Shown here piece by piece: positions 1 to 13,978 of a stretch of DNA of 64,000 bases. Origin of the DNA: Chiloscyllium plagiosum (Eukaryota); the NCBI RefSeq assembly GCF_004010195.1, contig NC_057720.1, forward strand, positions 23,993,236-24,057,235, written 5' to 3'. Below the pieces are notes generated by a model, which saw nothing but the letters and a program-made list of their open reading frames with translations, was not told the origin of the DNA and did not search any database. Position 1 is the first letter of the stretch; every line of letters starts with the position of its first letter. A program made the position numbers and the translations under genes.

Positions 1-49
1 CCCTCCCACGCTGTGTGTGTGTGTCCCTCCCTCGCTGTGTGTGTGTGTG

Positions 50-305
50 TCCCCCCCACCCCAGTCTGACCTATCACCCTCACCTTGACCTCTTTCCACC
101 TATCACATTTCCGACGCCCCTCCCCCAAGTCCCTCCTCCCTACCTTTTATCTTAGCCTGCTGGACAAACTTTCCTCATTCCTGAAGAAGGGCTTATGCCC
201 GAAACGTCGATTCTCCTGTTCCCTGGATGCTGCCTGACCTGCTGCGCTTTTCCAGCAACACATTTTCAGCTCTGATCTCCAGCATCTGCAGACCTCACTT
301 TCTCC
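50..305 (+). mobile_element. Penelope-like element 3' end/pseudo-LTR
   Basis: Same sequence as the ends attached to the GIY-YIG and RT fragments at 14381-14591, 39498-39830 and 50766-50947. Confidence 0.8.
181..208 (+). ncRNA. Minimal hammerhead ribozyme motif, family A
   Basis: CTGAAGA-A-GGGC-TTAT-GCCC-GAAA-CGTC: catalytic boxes CUGANGA and GAAA, 4-bp stem II, palindromic ACGT stem III, GUC site. Confidence 0.75.
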
Positions 306-1989
306 TAATTATTAGTACAGCCAACAATACATTCAAGATTGTTCAGTAGTTGCTGCCCAAATATAGAATCACAAAATTACAGAAAACGTTTTGTTCTCAG
401 TTTTGCAAGCACAGAGTAGTTGCACTCTGCCTGTTACAAACAATCAAAGGACTTGCTGCTTGATTAAATTGGAACAGGCCTATCTTCCATGTGGCAAACA
501 CTGCCACAGCTCTGGGTTTGGAAGATGTTGCATTTGAAATGACTGTGTTCCAAAAGAAAATGACTAATTTTTAAATAAAATTCCATTCCTTAATACTGTG
601 CACAATGACAAAGCTCTGACCTCTTTATGCAGCATACTTGATGCAAAGTTTCCTGTTTCAATTTATAATTAACAAGTCTAAACGTCATATTAATAGAATA
701 TTCCACATAAACAGCTGACTCTTTAATTATTATTTCCAATGACAGCAGATGGTAAAGAATTGAAAGCAAGTGTAATGATTTCAGTTTAATTAACCTCTTT
801 ATAGTTAACCTCTGTGTAATTAACCTGTAGTTTCTCCAGTGCATTGTAGAATGTACTGATTATATAATCATGTACAATAATTTGGATACCCTTCTTTCCC
901 CGGTCAGTTAACTCCACAAAGTGCTGTTCCATTCATACTAACTAGAGCAACGTGAGCTTTACTTCAATTGAATGCCATATCTAAACTCCCTGACTAAACT
1001 AATAGCATTAAATAAAATCCCTGTGACCTCGTTCCTTGGGGTTGCAGGTGATGACTGTATTACTGTCAACTCAGGCAAGCCAAGTTCTGTGGAAACAAAT
1101 TCTTTTATATTCACATTGTAGTTTTGTGCTGTAGGCAGATGCCTCAACTTTGTTGCTATCAGAGAGTTGACAAGTTGACATGCTTACCCACCCCACCCCT
1201 GCCATTGGCATTTGTAAGAAAGATACGCAAGGTGATAGTCAGCCTGTTTCATTGTGTTATGTGTTCTTGGTTCTTGGCCATCCGGGTCTAAATGGGACTT
1301 AAATCAGTTTTTGCTCAGGGACAGGGATTTTGCCCATTGATCCACAAGAAGTTTTGGATACCCTGAAACCATATTTGATAATAGTTGGCATACTCAAGAA
1401 AGATGGAAAGGAAACTGAAGGAGCAAACTGAATTTAGATATTATTTTGGATTTTAAAAAGTACCTATTAGTAATCAGTTTACATTAAATATTAGATCTAT
1501 TCTTCAACTTTAAGTATCTGGTCACCTTCTTGGAATTATGTCTAACCTCGATCACAACTAATGTGGAGGTCAGTTGTTTCATAAAACATCAATCTAATTG
1601 ACTCAAAGCTGTGCCCTGCATTTACATTTTACAATTTTAAAATTTTAGTTTTACCATTATAGCTTTAAAAATGTACACTTGCTTATTTCTAAAGCAGATT
1701 TTGTTTTAATGACAAATCAGTGAGTAAGTGTTTTTAAACAGAATTTAATGCCACAAATATTGCAACACTTAGAACAACTGCAAAAGAAGCCTACTCACCG
1801 TTCTGGCCACATTCAAATTAAATCACTACGAGGATTTTCCAAAAATGGGACATTTGTTGGGGGACCCCAATGCAGCAGCAGTCAAGCATTCCTTGAAGGG
1901 CCTTTCGGATGCTTCTGATCATCCTGATCCTCCAAAAAAATCATTTTCATACCTGGCCTCCATTCCTCACTCAGTGGAATTAAATACCA

Positions 1990-2805
1990 GAAGACCATAA
2001 GCTATAGGAGCAGAATAAGGCCATTCAGCCCATCAAGTCTACTCCACCATTCAATCATGGTTGATATGTTTCTCATTGCTTATTCTCCTGCATTCTCCCC
2101 ATAACTCTCGATCCCCTTACTTATCTTTCTGTCTTAAATATACTCAATGATTTGGCTTCCATAGCCCTCTGCAACTATGAATTCCACAGATTAACCCCTC
2201 TTGGACTGAAGAAATTCCTCCTCATCTCAGTTCTAAAGGGTCATCCCTTCACCATGAGGCTGTTCCCTGGATCCTAGTCTCTCCTACTAGTGGAAACACC
2301 TTCTCCAAATTCACTCTATCCAGACCTCTTGGTGTCCTGTAAGTTTTAATCAGATTCCACTCTCACCCTCCCCAATTCTTCTCAACGGCATTGAGTACAG
2401 ACCCAAGTCCTCAACTGCTCCTCTGATGACAAGCACTGCATCACCGGGACCATTCTTTTAAACCTTCTCTGGACCCTCTCCAACACCAGCACATCTTTCC
2501 TTAGATGGGGGGCCCAAAACAGCTCACAGTCTTCAAATTGCGGTCTGACCAGAGCCTTATACAGCTTCAGCAGTACATCATTGCTCATGTATTCTAGCCC
2601 TATTGTAATGAAAGTCAACATTGCATTTGCCTTCCTAACAACCAACTGAACCAATATGTTGACCTTAAGAGAGTCCTAAACTAGGACTCCAAAATCCCTT
2701 TGTGCTTCAGATTTCCAATGCCTTTCCCTGTTTAGAACTATTCTATTCTTCCTACCAAAATGCATAAGCTCCCACTTCAGCACATTGTATTCCATCTGCC
2801 ACTAA
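1990..2805 (-). mobile_element. Degenerate CR1-type LINE 3' fragment
   Basis: ORF 2382..2654 has LYKALVRP..E.C..FWAP.LRKDV..LERVQRRF, the C-terminal region of CR1 ORF2. Confidence 0.85.
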
Positions 2806-3023
2806 ACAAAACAGCATTCAATTGGGGAGGCAAATTTACATTGGCCTTCATTGCAAGAGGATTTGAGTTTTGAACTAGGGATATCATACCGCAGTTATAT
2901 AGCTCCGTGGTAAGACCACACCTGGAGTACTGTGCGAAGTTTTGACTTCCCTACCTGAAAGATCTACTTGCAATAGAGGGAATACTGGAAAGGTTCACTA
3001 AACTTATATTGGAGATGGGATGT

Positions 3024-3550
3024 ATAGAACATAGAACATAGAACAGTACAGCACAGTATTGTTGTGTCGGCCTTCTATCCTACTCTAAGGTCAGACTATC
3101 CTACATACCCTTCACTGTACTAACTTCCATGTGCCTATCCAAGAGTCACTTAAATGTCCCTAATGTATCTGACTCTACTAACACTGCTGGCAGTGCATTC
3201 CATGCACCCACCACTCTGAGTAAAGAACCTACCTCTGACATCTCCCCTAGACTTTCCTCCGCTTACCTTAAAATTATGCCCCCTCATGATAGACATTTCC
3301 ACCATGGGAAAAGGCTATCCAATCTATGCCTCTCAAATCCTTGTACACCTCTATCAAGTCACTTCTCATCCTTCTTCACTCCAATAAGAAAAGCCCTAGT
3401 TCCCTCAACCTATCTTCATATGACATGCCCTCCAGTCCAGGCAGTATCCTGGTAAATCTCCTCTATACCCTCTCTAAAGCTTCCACATCTTCCTTATAAT
3501 GAGGCAACCAGAACTGAACACAATGTTCCAACTGTGGCCTAACCAGGGTT
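3024..3550 (-). mobile_element. CR1-type LINE 3' end
   Basis: (CATAGAA)n tail at about 3024-3045, followed by a reverse-complement CR1 3' region. Confidence 0.75.
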
Positions 3551-5714
3551 TATCTGACAGTGTCTGGAAGATACTGGAAACACTCAGTGGGTCATGTAAT
3601 CACCATCTCTCACAAGAAACATTATTGGATCCTGATTTGCAAGTCTCCAAAAAATAATCTGAGTCTCAAATACTTAAGAAAACAATGCAGTGGTGAAAAA
3701 GTAGAAGGTGCACCAAGATTGGATTTTAACCCACATTTGGCCAACTTTGCCCGTTGTTGTTACAGTTTACTCTATTGTGAATTATTTCCCTTTGTGTAAA
3801 TTCAATTTCAGTTGAGACAGAATTTTTTCATGTGTTTGAATATCCAGAATCAAAAGTGACTTGCATGATTTACAATTCATTGCAACAGCCCTATTTCAGC
3901 CACGAACTCAGGTTTTACTGTCAATGACGAGTTGCCAGGCTATTCACTGGTATGACTGCAGTTAATTCCAGCTGCCTGCCTCTCAGTGGCATTCCCACTG
4001 TTGGCAAAAACATCAGAACATAACTGAATAACATTGCTCTTGAATTTAAGGCACAGACACTGGCAGTAAACAACGGTTCAAAAAATCTACCACAATGGTG
4101 ATTGTTGATTGGATTCCAATTTTTAAAACTTCTTTACTGTGCTCCCTCCCAAAAGGCATTTGAACAAGCAGCAGTGATGCTGCTTAGTTAAGATCAGAGC
4201 TTCAATAAAAAACTATACTCCATTCACCCTCTGGATGTCCGCTGGTCTTATAATCAGTGACATTGAAAGGACCAGGAGCAGGTGAGAACAGGGACATAAG
4301 AACTTTTAGCAATTGGGAAAGACTCTCCATCCAAGAAGTGTTTTTATTTAAGGATCAGTACTACCTACCTGCCTTTTTACAATATTTCTCAATCACACCA
4401 CCTTAAAAGAGCCCCACTTCAATGATTGATTATAGTACTGTTCGCCTCATCAGCTGTTGGTAATTCTGGCAATCACTGTGACAAGTGCCTTTGTTTTGTT
4501 GTGACAATCTTCAGGTGCTCAAGTCTGATGGTGTTCATCAGTGACGATACTAGATATTTATCTACACTGTTCTTCTAGAATAATATGTCCATTTTAAATA
4601 TACATTGAGTTTCCATTTAATATGTATATTAAAAGTTTTTTAATAGTATAGTCTTGCTGAAAACAGACAGATTTTGTCAAAACCTTTTGCTTTGCTCTCA
4701 TCAGGACATTTGCAAATAACCAATATAAAGGCAAACAACGTTTTATGCTGTAGCTGATGGATCAGCAAGTGAAATCTGATTGGTAAAGGCATTGCCATGG
4801 AGAACATGCCAGTTAGATATGACTGAGAGTTAACCACCAAGCTTTGTTAAGATTTAAACCAGGCGGGTTGGCTCTAATTAGCCCATGCACTACCCTTAAG
4901 AAATGACCCAGAGATGGGCTGTTACCTATTTTGTGAAGTTGAACAGATGTAATATGTACACAAATTCTTTCCGTGAAATTCCCCTTCACAGAGATATTCT
5001 TGTGCATGCTATGTATATGACAAAAAGCTATAACAAAATGTGTCTTTTTTTCAACTACACTCAAATATTTATATTGTAATGAAACAAATGGTATAAATAA
5101 TCTTTAGTTTATTCATAATCATCACGTGACACTAATTATAATCCAACTTACATTCCTGACATAACTGACGAAACAGGTGAAAAACCAAACAATTCAGTGA
5201 ATTAAATTCTTTAGTAAAATTATTACTTGCTTAATCATTTTGCTTTATTTCAAAAAGTTAACAATTGGATAAGTACGGCAGTACATTTAAAATGACAGTG
5301 TTAATGAGAGCTTCTCCTTTAACATCAATACCATTGTTAAAAAAAATGAAAATATTCAAAAAAAATTGAAACTGCTGCAAATTCTCAGCAGATCTGTGAA
5401 GATCAGTGGCCCTTCATCAAATCTGAAAAATGTTATGCGTTGTTAATGAGGTGTAACTATGTTTTTAACTTTGGACTAAATTATAATTATGCTGAGGAAC
5501 GTCTTGCCCCAGGAGAAATAATTTTACATTTGATATATCAATTTTTTTCATAATGGTGAATGCAACCATGTTTTAAAATGTTTTTAAGACTGTTTGATAT
5601 TTGAGCTTCTAACATGTATATTTTAATTTTCGCTTTAATTAAAATTTATTTTTAATAAGTGAAGGATATTCAAAGTATTTTATTTCCTCTTTTGCTGCCT
5701 GAGAATACAGTAAT

Positions 5715-8700
5715 GTCATAGAAACATAGAGTCATAGAGATGTACAGCATAGAAACAGACCCTTCGGTCCAACCCATCCATGCCGACCAGATATCCCAAC
5801 CCAATCTAGTCCCACCTGCCAGCACCCAGCCCATATCCCTCCAAACCCTTCCTATTCATATACCCATCCAAATGCCTCTTAAATGTTACAATTGTACCAA
5901 TCTCCACCACTTCCTCTAGCAGCTCATTCCATACCCGTACCACCCTCTGTGTGAAAAAGTTGCCCCTTTGGTCTCTTTTATATCTTTCCCCTCTAGTTCT
6001 GGACTCCGCAACCCCAGGGAAAAAACTTTGCCTATTTACCCTATCCATGCCCTTCATAATTTTGTAAACCTCTATAAGGTCACCCTTCAGCCTCCGATGC
6101 TCCAAGGAAAACAGCCCCAGGCTGTTCAGCCTCTCCCTATAGCTCAAATCCTCCAACCCTCCCTCGGACCTTACCATTAAATGTATAAGTCCTGCTAAGA
6201 TTTGCTTTCCCAAAATGCAGCACCTCGCATTTATCTGAATTAAACTCCATCTGCCACTTCTCAGCCCATTGGCCTATCTGGTCAAGATCCTGTTGTAATC
6301 GGAGGTAACCCTCTTCGCTGTCCACTACACCTCCAATTATGATGTCATCTGCAAACATACTAACTGTACCTCTTATGCTCGCATCCAAATCCAAAAAGTA
6401 GAGGACCCAGCATTGATCCTTGTGGCACTCCACTGGTCGCAGGCCTCCAGTCTGAAAAATAACCCTCCACCACCACCTTCTGTCTTCTACCTTTGAGCCA
6501 GTTACGTATCCAAATAACTAGTTCTCCCTGCAGATCTAACCTTGCTAATCAGTCTCCCATGGGGAACCTTGTTGAACGCCTTACTGAAGTCCATATAGAT
6601 CACATCTACCACTCTGCACTCATCAATCCTCTTTGTTACTTCTTCAATAAACTCAATCAAGTTTGTGAGACATAATTTCCCATGCACAAAGCCATTTTGA
6701 CTATCCCAAATCAGTCCTTGCCTTTCCAAATATATGTACATCCTGTCCCTCAGGATTCCCTCCAACAACTTGCCCACCACCGACGTCAGGCTCACAGGTC
6801 TATAGTTCCTGGCTTGTCTTACCACCCTTTTTAAACAATGGCACCACGTTTGCAAACTTCCGGTCTTCCGGCATCTCACCTGTGACTATCGATGATACAA
6901 ATATCTCAACAAGAGGCCCAGCAATCACTTCTCCAGCTTCCCACACAGTTCTCGGGTACACCTGATCAGGTCCTGGGGATTTATCCACCTTTACCCTTTC
7001 AAGACATCCAGCACTTCCTCCTCTGTAATCTGGATATTTTGCAAGATGGCACCATCTATTTCCCGATAGTCAATATCTTCCATATCCTTTTCCACAGTAA
7101 ATACTGATGCAAGATACTCATTTAATATCTCTCCCATCTTCTGCTGCTCCACACAAAGGCCACCTTGCTGATCTTTGTGGGGCTCTATTCTCTGCCTAGT
7201 TACCTTTTTGTCCTTAATGTTTTTGTAAAACTCTTTGGATTCTCCTTAATTCGATTTGCCAAAGCTATCTCATGTCCCCTTTTTGCCCTCCTGATTTCCC
7301 TCTTAAGTATACTCCTACTTCCTTTATACCCTTCTCAGCATTCACTCGATCTATCCTGTCCAAACCTTACATTTGCTTCCTTTTCTTAAGCACACCCTCA
7401 ATTTCTTTTTGTCATCCAGCATTCCCTATACGTACCAGCTTTTCCTTTCACCCTGACAGGAATATACTTTCTCTGGATTCTCATTATCTCATTCCTGAAG
7501 GCTTCCCATTTTCCAGCCATCCCTTTACCTGCAAACATCTGCCCCCAATCAGCTTTTGAAAGTTCTTGCCTAATACCGTCAAAATTAGCCTTTCTCCAAT
7601 TTAGAACTTCAAGTTATAGATCTGGTCTGTCCTTTTGCATCATTATTTTAAATCTAATAGAATTATGGTCACTGGCCCCAAAGTGCTCCCCCACTGACAC
7701 CTCAGTCACTTGCCCTGCCTTATTTCCCAAGTGTAGGTCAGGTTTTGCACCTTCTCTAATAAGTACATCCACATACTGAATCAGAAAATTGTCTTGTACG
7801 CACTTAACAAATTCCTCTCCATCTAAACCTTTAACACTATGGCAGTCCCAGTCTATGTTTGGAAAGTTAAAATCCCCTACCATAACCACCCTATTATTCT
7901 TACAGATAACTGAGATCTCCTTACAAGCTTGTTTCTCAATTTCCCATTGATTATTAGGGGGTATATAATACAATCCCAATAAGGTAATCATCCCTTTCTT
8001 ATTTCTCAGTTTCACCCAAATAACTTCCCTGGATGTATTTCCGGGAATATCCTCCCTCAGCACAGCTGTAATGCTGTCCCTTATCAAAAACGTCACTCCC
8101 CCTCCTTTCTTGCCTCACTTTCTATCCTTCCTATAGCACTTGTATCCTGGAACATTAAGCTGCTAGTCCTGCCCATCCCTGAGCCATGTTTCTGTAATTG
8201 CTATGATATCCCAGTCCCATGTTCCTAACCATGCCCTGAGTTCATCTGCCTCCTCTGTTAGGCCCTTTGCATTGAAATAAATGCAGTTTAATTTATTAGT
8301 CCTACCTTGTCCCTTCTACCTACCTTGTCGCTTCTGTTCTCAACTGTATCAGTCTCAGATTGATCTCTTTTCTCACTATCTCCCTGGGTCCCAACACCAC
8401 CCCCCCCACCCTGTCCTTACTAGTTTTAATCCTCCCGAGCAGCTCTAGCAAATTTCCCTGCCAGTATATTAGTCCCCTTCCAAGTTAGGTGCAATCCGCC
8501 CTTCTTGTGCAGGTCACTTCTACCCCAAAAGAAATTCCAATGATCCAAAAATGTGAATCCTTCTCCCATACACCAGCTCCTCAGCCATGCATTCATCTGC
8601 TCTATCCTCCTATTCCTGCCCTCACTAGCTCATAGCACTGGGAGTAATCCACATATTAATATTCTCAAGGACCTCCTTTTTTAATTTCTGCCTAACTCTC

Positions 8701-9825
8701 TGTAATCTCCCTTCAGAATTTCAACCTTTTCCCTTCCTATGTCGTTGGTTCCAATGTGGGCAATGACCTCTTGCTGGCCCCTCTCCCCCGTGAGAACATT
8801 CTGCACCCTCTCTGAGACATCATTGATCCTGGCACCAGGGAAGCAACACACCATTCTGCTTTTTTGCTGCTGGCCACAGAAACATCTGTCTGTACCTCAG
8901 ACTACGGAATCCCCTAACACAATTGATCTCTTGGAATCCGATGCACCCCTCCTTGCATTAGAGCCAGTCTCAATACCAGAAACATGTGTGTTTGTGCTAC
9001 GTTCCCCTGAGAATCCATCACCCCCTACATTTTCCAAAACAGCATACCTGTTTGAAATGGGTATATCCACAAATGACTCCTGCACTAGGTGCCTACCTCT
9101 CTTACCTTTCCTGAAGTTAATCCATCTCTGTGACTGTATCTGAGACTTTCCCCCCTTCCTATAACTGCCATCCATCACATACTGTTGCTGTTGCAAATTC
9201 CTCATTGCTTCTAACTGTCTCTCCAACCGATCCATTCAATCTGATAAGATTCGCATCCAACAGCATATATGGCAGATATAATCTGCAGTAACCCTTAAAC
9301 TCTCTCTCAACTCCCACATCTGACAAGAAGTAGATATCACTGTACTAAAGGCCATTTTTGCTCCTTCACAATCTACAGACCCAGAAAATAACACCGTCTT
9401 AATTCCTCTACAAAACACTGCCCTAGGTTAAATTAATAGTTATGGCTTATATTTTAAGTTTAATCAAGAGACATTTCTGCAAAAACATATAATCAAGAAA
9501 GAACCCACTCTACTCACTACTGTAGCCTTTCTATTGGACACACTTACAACAACGATTAACTTATCTGATTCTGTGCTGTGAACTTTGCCCAAACAGGTTC
9601 CTCCAAGATCAGTTGTGAATTTCACTGTTTGTTAATTTTCCCAGATGCACTCCAATGTCCAGCGATACATGAATTCAAAACAACAAAGGCAGTAACTGTG
9701 CAGGTTCCCTCTCTCTCTCCTGTACTGTCCTCACCATGTGCTTCCTTTGTCTGTTCTTCTCCCTTTTAAAACTGCTGTTGTTTTGACTTATTTTTCCAAA
9801 AGTTCCAAAACAATGCAACAGCAAT
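5715..9825 (-). mobile_element. Near full-length decayed CR1 LINE (ORF1 esterase-like, APE endonuclease, RT)
   Basis: ORF1 remnant IVLGDSVV (8897..9235), endonuclease MVGDFNFPNIDW and SDHN (7614..8096), RT KSPGPD, NYRPVSLTS and YMDFSKAF (6502..6988), and a 3' tandem tail at 5715-5740. Frameshifted, with internal deletions. Confidence 0.93.
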
Positions 9826-10091
9826 TAATGTATTTGATTGCATATCTTGCTGATGACACCACTGTTGTTAGCCACCTGCAGATTCTATGATGTGACTTTT
9901 GATTCAACCTAACATTAATCAATACAAAATCTCTGCTATGGAGCTCATTAGATCATCTTGAGTAAGGATTTTAGCATCAATAGCAAGTGCTATTTCTTTG
10001 CTGTTGATTGCAGGTTACGTTATAGTTAATAACACCATTGATAAATTAAATAAAATTGACAAATTCTTGTATTTCAATTCTAATCTTCCAG

Positions 10092-10172
10092 GACAAGAGG
10101 AAAATACAAGAGAAAATTACCAGACAAAGATTTGAAGTGGATGAGGAGAAACTGAAGCTTAAGCACTTAAAG
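10092..10172 (+). CDS. PALMD: Palmdelphin coding exon 2 (DKRKIQEKITRQRFEVDEEKLKLKHLK)
   Basis: Acceptor tcttccAG, donor GTagcg, 81 nt, phase 0-0. The translation resembles the palmdelphin N-terminal coiled coil as I recall it (DKRKIQEEI...KLKHQHLK). Confidence 0.93.
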
Positions 10173-10309
10173 GTAGCGTGCCATGGGACCCAGTACTCAA
10201 CATAACCTCTGTTTCCAACTTCTATTCCATCATTCTCCTGAAAACTGCCCAAGTTTGAGCCTGATGTCCAAAACTTTGATCTCATATTTTGAACAAGTGT
10301 ACGATTCTA

Positions 10310-10665
10310 ATCATAGAGTCATACAGTGGCACAGAAACAGACCCTTTGGTCCAACCAGTCCATGCCAAACATAACTCCAATCCAAACTAGTCCCACCTGC
10401 CTGCTCCTGGCCAATATTTCTCCAAACCTTTCCTCTTCATATACTTGTGAAAACATCTTTTAAATGTTGTAATTATGCCATCATTCCTCACTTCCTCTGA
10501 AGTTCATTCCAGGTACGAACCACCCTCTGTTTAAAAAAATTTGCCCTTCATATCTTTTTTAAATCTCACCTTAAAAATGTTCCCCCAAGACTTGAAATCC
10601 ACCATCCTAGGAAAAAGGCAACTACCATTAACCCTAACTATACCCCTCCTGATTTTATAAACTTC
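10310..10665 (-). mobile_element. CR1 3' end fragment
   Basis: Similar to 5715-6070. Confidence 0.75.
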
Positions 10666-10732
10666 TAGAAGGTAGTTTTGGTCCTCACTGGCAGACTGCC
10701 TTCTGATCTATCCACATGTTTGCTAATTGGTG

Positions 10733-11058
10733 GGCGGCATGGTGGCACAGTGGTTAGCACTGCTGCCTCACAGCGCCAGAGACCCGGGTTCAATTCCCGC
10801 CTCAGGCGACTGACTGTGTGGAGTTTGCACGTTCTCCCCGTGTCTGCGTGGGTTTCCTCCGGGTGCACCGGTTTCCTCCCACAGTCCAAAGATGTGCAGG
10901 TCAGGTGAATTGGCTATGCTAAATTGCCCGTAGTGTTAGGTAAGGGGTACACGTAGGGGTATGGGTGGGTTGCGCTTCGGCGGGGCGGTGTGGACTTGTT
11001 GGGCCGAAGGGCCTGTTTCCACACTGTAAGTAATCTAATCTAATCTAATCTAATCTAA
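10733..11058 (+). mobile_element. tRNA-derived V-SINE (HE1-like)
   Basis: A box TGGCACAGTGG, B box GGTTCAATTCC, V-domain TGTGTGGAGTTTGCACGTTCTCCCCGTG, (TAATC)n tail. Confidence 0.9.
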
Positions 11059-12764
11059 TATTAAATCGGCATTGAAAGGGTAGTAGGTGCAATCTATGTG
11101 CCAGCTGCCTTTACGTCTTCACTAGCCTTGAGCAACCTACCAGAGATCCACTATGTGTATACAAGGTTTGAGGAGTCCAATACTTGATTATCACATTTAA
11201 TTACCAGCCTTAAATTTTGTTGCATTTGAATTTAGTATAAAAAAGCATAAAAGACAGTCGTGTCTTACTTTTACTTTCAATTTTATATAAGAGGCGCCAA
11301 AGATTTGAAAGTAACCTAATGAAATTTCTTCAGTAACAAACTACTTCCAACTGAGTCTTGGAAAAGCGAATCAGTCTCTAATTGAACTCAGGATATATCT
11401 ATTTAAAGCAATGTTACCTTATGCTCTTAAAGAGTCAAGCTAATTTATACACAGCTATACTTCAAAATTTATTATCCAGTGTTGCATTGAGAAATACATT
11501 TGAGGTTATAGAAGCCTATAATATTCTGTAATTCATGATAAGCAACATTAGCTGAGACTGGCCAGTCACTTTATTAAAAATTGCTCCTAGTGATATATCC
11601 ACTCTTATACAAAGATTATCATAACTGGGTAAAATAGTGAATTAACGATCGAGGATTAAAGATTAAATGTTATTTAATACAAGTGTTAGAAATTAATTGG
11701 ATAGGAACTTGTAGGTCAATAATGTGTACATTTTCATTTGAAAGAGAACTTAAGTTTTTTGAAAATTATGTTTCCGAAAATAGTTTTCTAATAAAAGGCA
11801 TGATGGAAGTCTTTTTTTAATAGTATAGGTATCAATTAGTAAGAAACAAAGCAATGGTATGGAGAAATTGAAATACCCTACTTATATGGCTAGTCCAGTT
11901 CAGTTTCTGGTCAATGATAGCCCCAAAGACATTGCTATAGGGGATTAAGTGATGGTAACACCACTGAACGTTAAGGGACAGTTGTTAAAATCCGATTCTT
12001 ACTTCTATGCGCCTCCTCCCACCATGCCATGCCTCAAAATGTAACATTGAGCATGTTCTCACAGGCTCACACTTTTTTTGAAGGGAAAAGCAGCTGTGAG
12101 AACTTTGGAACACATTTGAGAATTTCAAAAACACAGTGGCATCTTATAAGTTCATCTGTGATCATTACTGCTTCACAAACCTTAGTTAAATCAATTTGAC
12201 GTGATCAATGACATTATGTGTGACCAAGATCAATGCATAGGCTGCACAGGAAGAGTAATATGATGGCAGATGTGTGTCTCCATTGATCTGTGGGTGCCTA
12301 TTTAATGCAAGCAACCCTGCTCAGGCCTTACATGGGAAGGCATGGCAAGACAGAGATACTGTGAGCATCCAAATGAGTGAGCACTAAAAGGGTAAGCCAA
12401 GAGTCCCAGAGATACATCCTGTGCTTGAGCATGAGATGATTTGATGTCTCTTTGTGCAAAGTAACACAGCAGATCATTGCAAGGTATAGTGTCAGTGAGT
12501 TCCAAAGAGCAGTGAAGAAGTGACCTGTCCTGCGAAGTGGTCCAAGATTGCACATGTTGATGAAATAAGGTTTGTGTTTGGCTTATGGAGAGTGGAGACA
12601 TGCACTTCCCAAACAGCATGCTATGAGATGTTGGGAGGTGGTGGCTAATTATGGAGATGCAGAGAACACATTGGCAAGCTGCAGCGGCCAGGCAACCACT
12701 CCGAATTTCAAGTTGGAATTATTTTATTTCCCTCAGTATTCCACACTGATTGTGAACTGCGATG

Positions 12765-13665
12765 AAATAGAAACATTGAAACACAGAAAATAGCTACAGG
12801 AGTAAGCCATTCGAGCCTGCACCACCATTCAGTATGATAATGGCTGATCATGCAATCTCAGTATCCCATTCTCACGTTCTCTCCAGACCCTCTATTCCTT
12901 TTAGTCGCAAGGGCCATGTCCAGCCCCCTCTTGAATATATTTTTTAAAAGTGAGCCAGCCCCAACAGGTTCCTGTGGGAGAGAATTCCACCAATTCACAA
13001 CTGAGTGAAGAAATTCTTCTTCATCTTAGTCCTGAATGGCTTACCCTTTACTCTTAGACTATGACCCCGAGGTCTGGATTTCCCCAACATTGGGAACATT
13101 CTTCCCATATTCAGCCTATCCAATCCCAACAAGATTTCATATTCTTCAATGAGATTCTCCCTCTCATTCTTCTAAATTCCAGTGACTACAAGCCCAGTCA
13201 ATCCAGTCTTTCCTCATATGTCAGTCCTGCCATCTCAGGAATCAGTCTGGTGAACCTTCGCTGGACTCCCTCAACAGTAAGAATGTCCTTCCTCAGACTA
13301 GGGGACCAAAACTGTGCACATTACTCAAGGTGTGGACTCACCAAGGCCCTGTCTAACTGCAGCAAGCCATTCTTACTCCAATACTCAAAACAAATAGAAA
13401 GCAGGCCACACCACCAGTGCTTCATTCAGAGGCTCATTGAAGAGGTTACCTAGTATGGTGACGAAATGCCTGAAAACGAACCTTCCAGCTCAGCGATCAA
13501 ACCTATAGCCAGAACTCAAAATCTCTCACGCTGAAGGCCAGTATGCCATTAGCTTTCCTCACCACCTGCTGCACCTACATGCCAACCTTCAGCAACTGTT
13601 CCAACATGACACCCAGGTCTGGTTGCACCTCACCCTTTTCCTAAACTGCTACCATCTAGATAAAT
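12765..13665 (-). mobile_element. CR1 3' fragment containing a short insertion
   Basis: Similar to the 1990-2805 family. Interrupted at 13391-13513. Confidence 0.75.
13391..13513 (+). mobile_element. Short insertion with a degenerate hammerhead motif (family D), probably a Penelope-like terminus
   Basis: Flanked by ACTCAAAA direct repeats (13383-13390, 13514-13521). tTGAAGA-G-GTTACC-TAGTAT-GGTGAC-GAAA-tgcc at 13437-13470. Confidence 0.6.
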
Positions 13666-13978
13666 GAGATGAGATTAGCTAATAAGAAAATGTTAGTGCT
13701 GCCAGTAGCATTTCACCACTTAGTAGTGAGATTCTCATCTCGCCATTGAGTCCGAACCGTATTTTAAAAGGAATACGACATCAAGAATCTCATTTTTCCA
13801 TTCTTGCTGCATTCTCCCAAATCCTTTGCCATTACCCATATCGCCCAAGGGCTGGGAAGATTCTGCCTATAGCTTCTATAAAATATCTGTACCAGTTTAT
13901 AAATAGTAAGCAGATAGTAAAAGGTGGAGTGGATTCTTTTGGAGCCAAAGTAGATGATAATATGCTCAGAGAAGTAGA

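Noticed and set aside
1884..1914. Small hairpin AAGCATTC...GGATGCTT
   Set aside because: Too short and imperfect for a pre-miRNA call, with no other support.
5156..5186. CTGACGA...GAAA hammerhead-like string
   Set aside because: No stem II pairing and no cleavage triplet.
1..10091. PALMD exon 1 (expected MEE.EL..ERLQAIT-like peptide)
   Set aside because: I found no matching peptide with a donor. It probably lies upstream of the window.
10733..10805. tRNA gene
   Set aside because: The A and B boxes belong to a SINE head followed by a V-domain and tail. Many similar copies are present.
12000..12720. Possible decayed Harbinger-like transposase
   Set aside because: No convincing motif or TIR could be recognised by eye.
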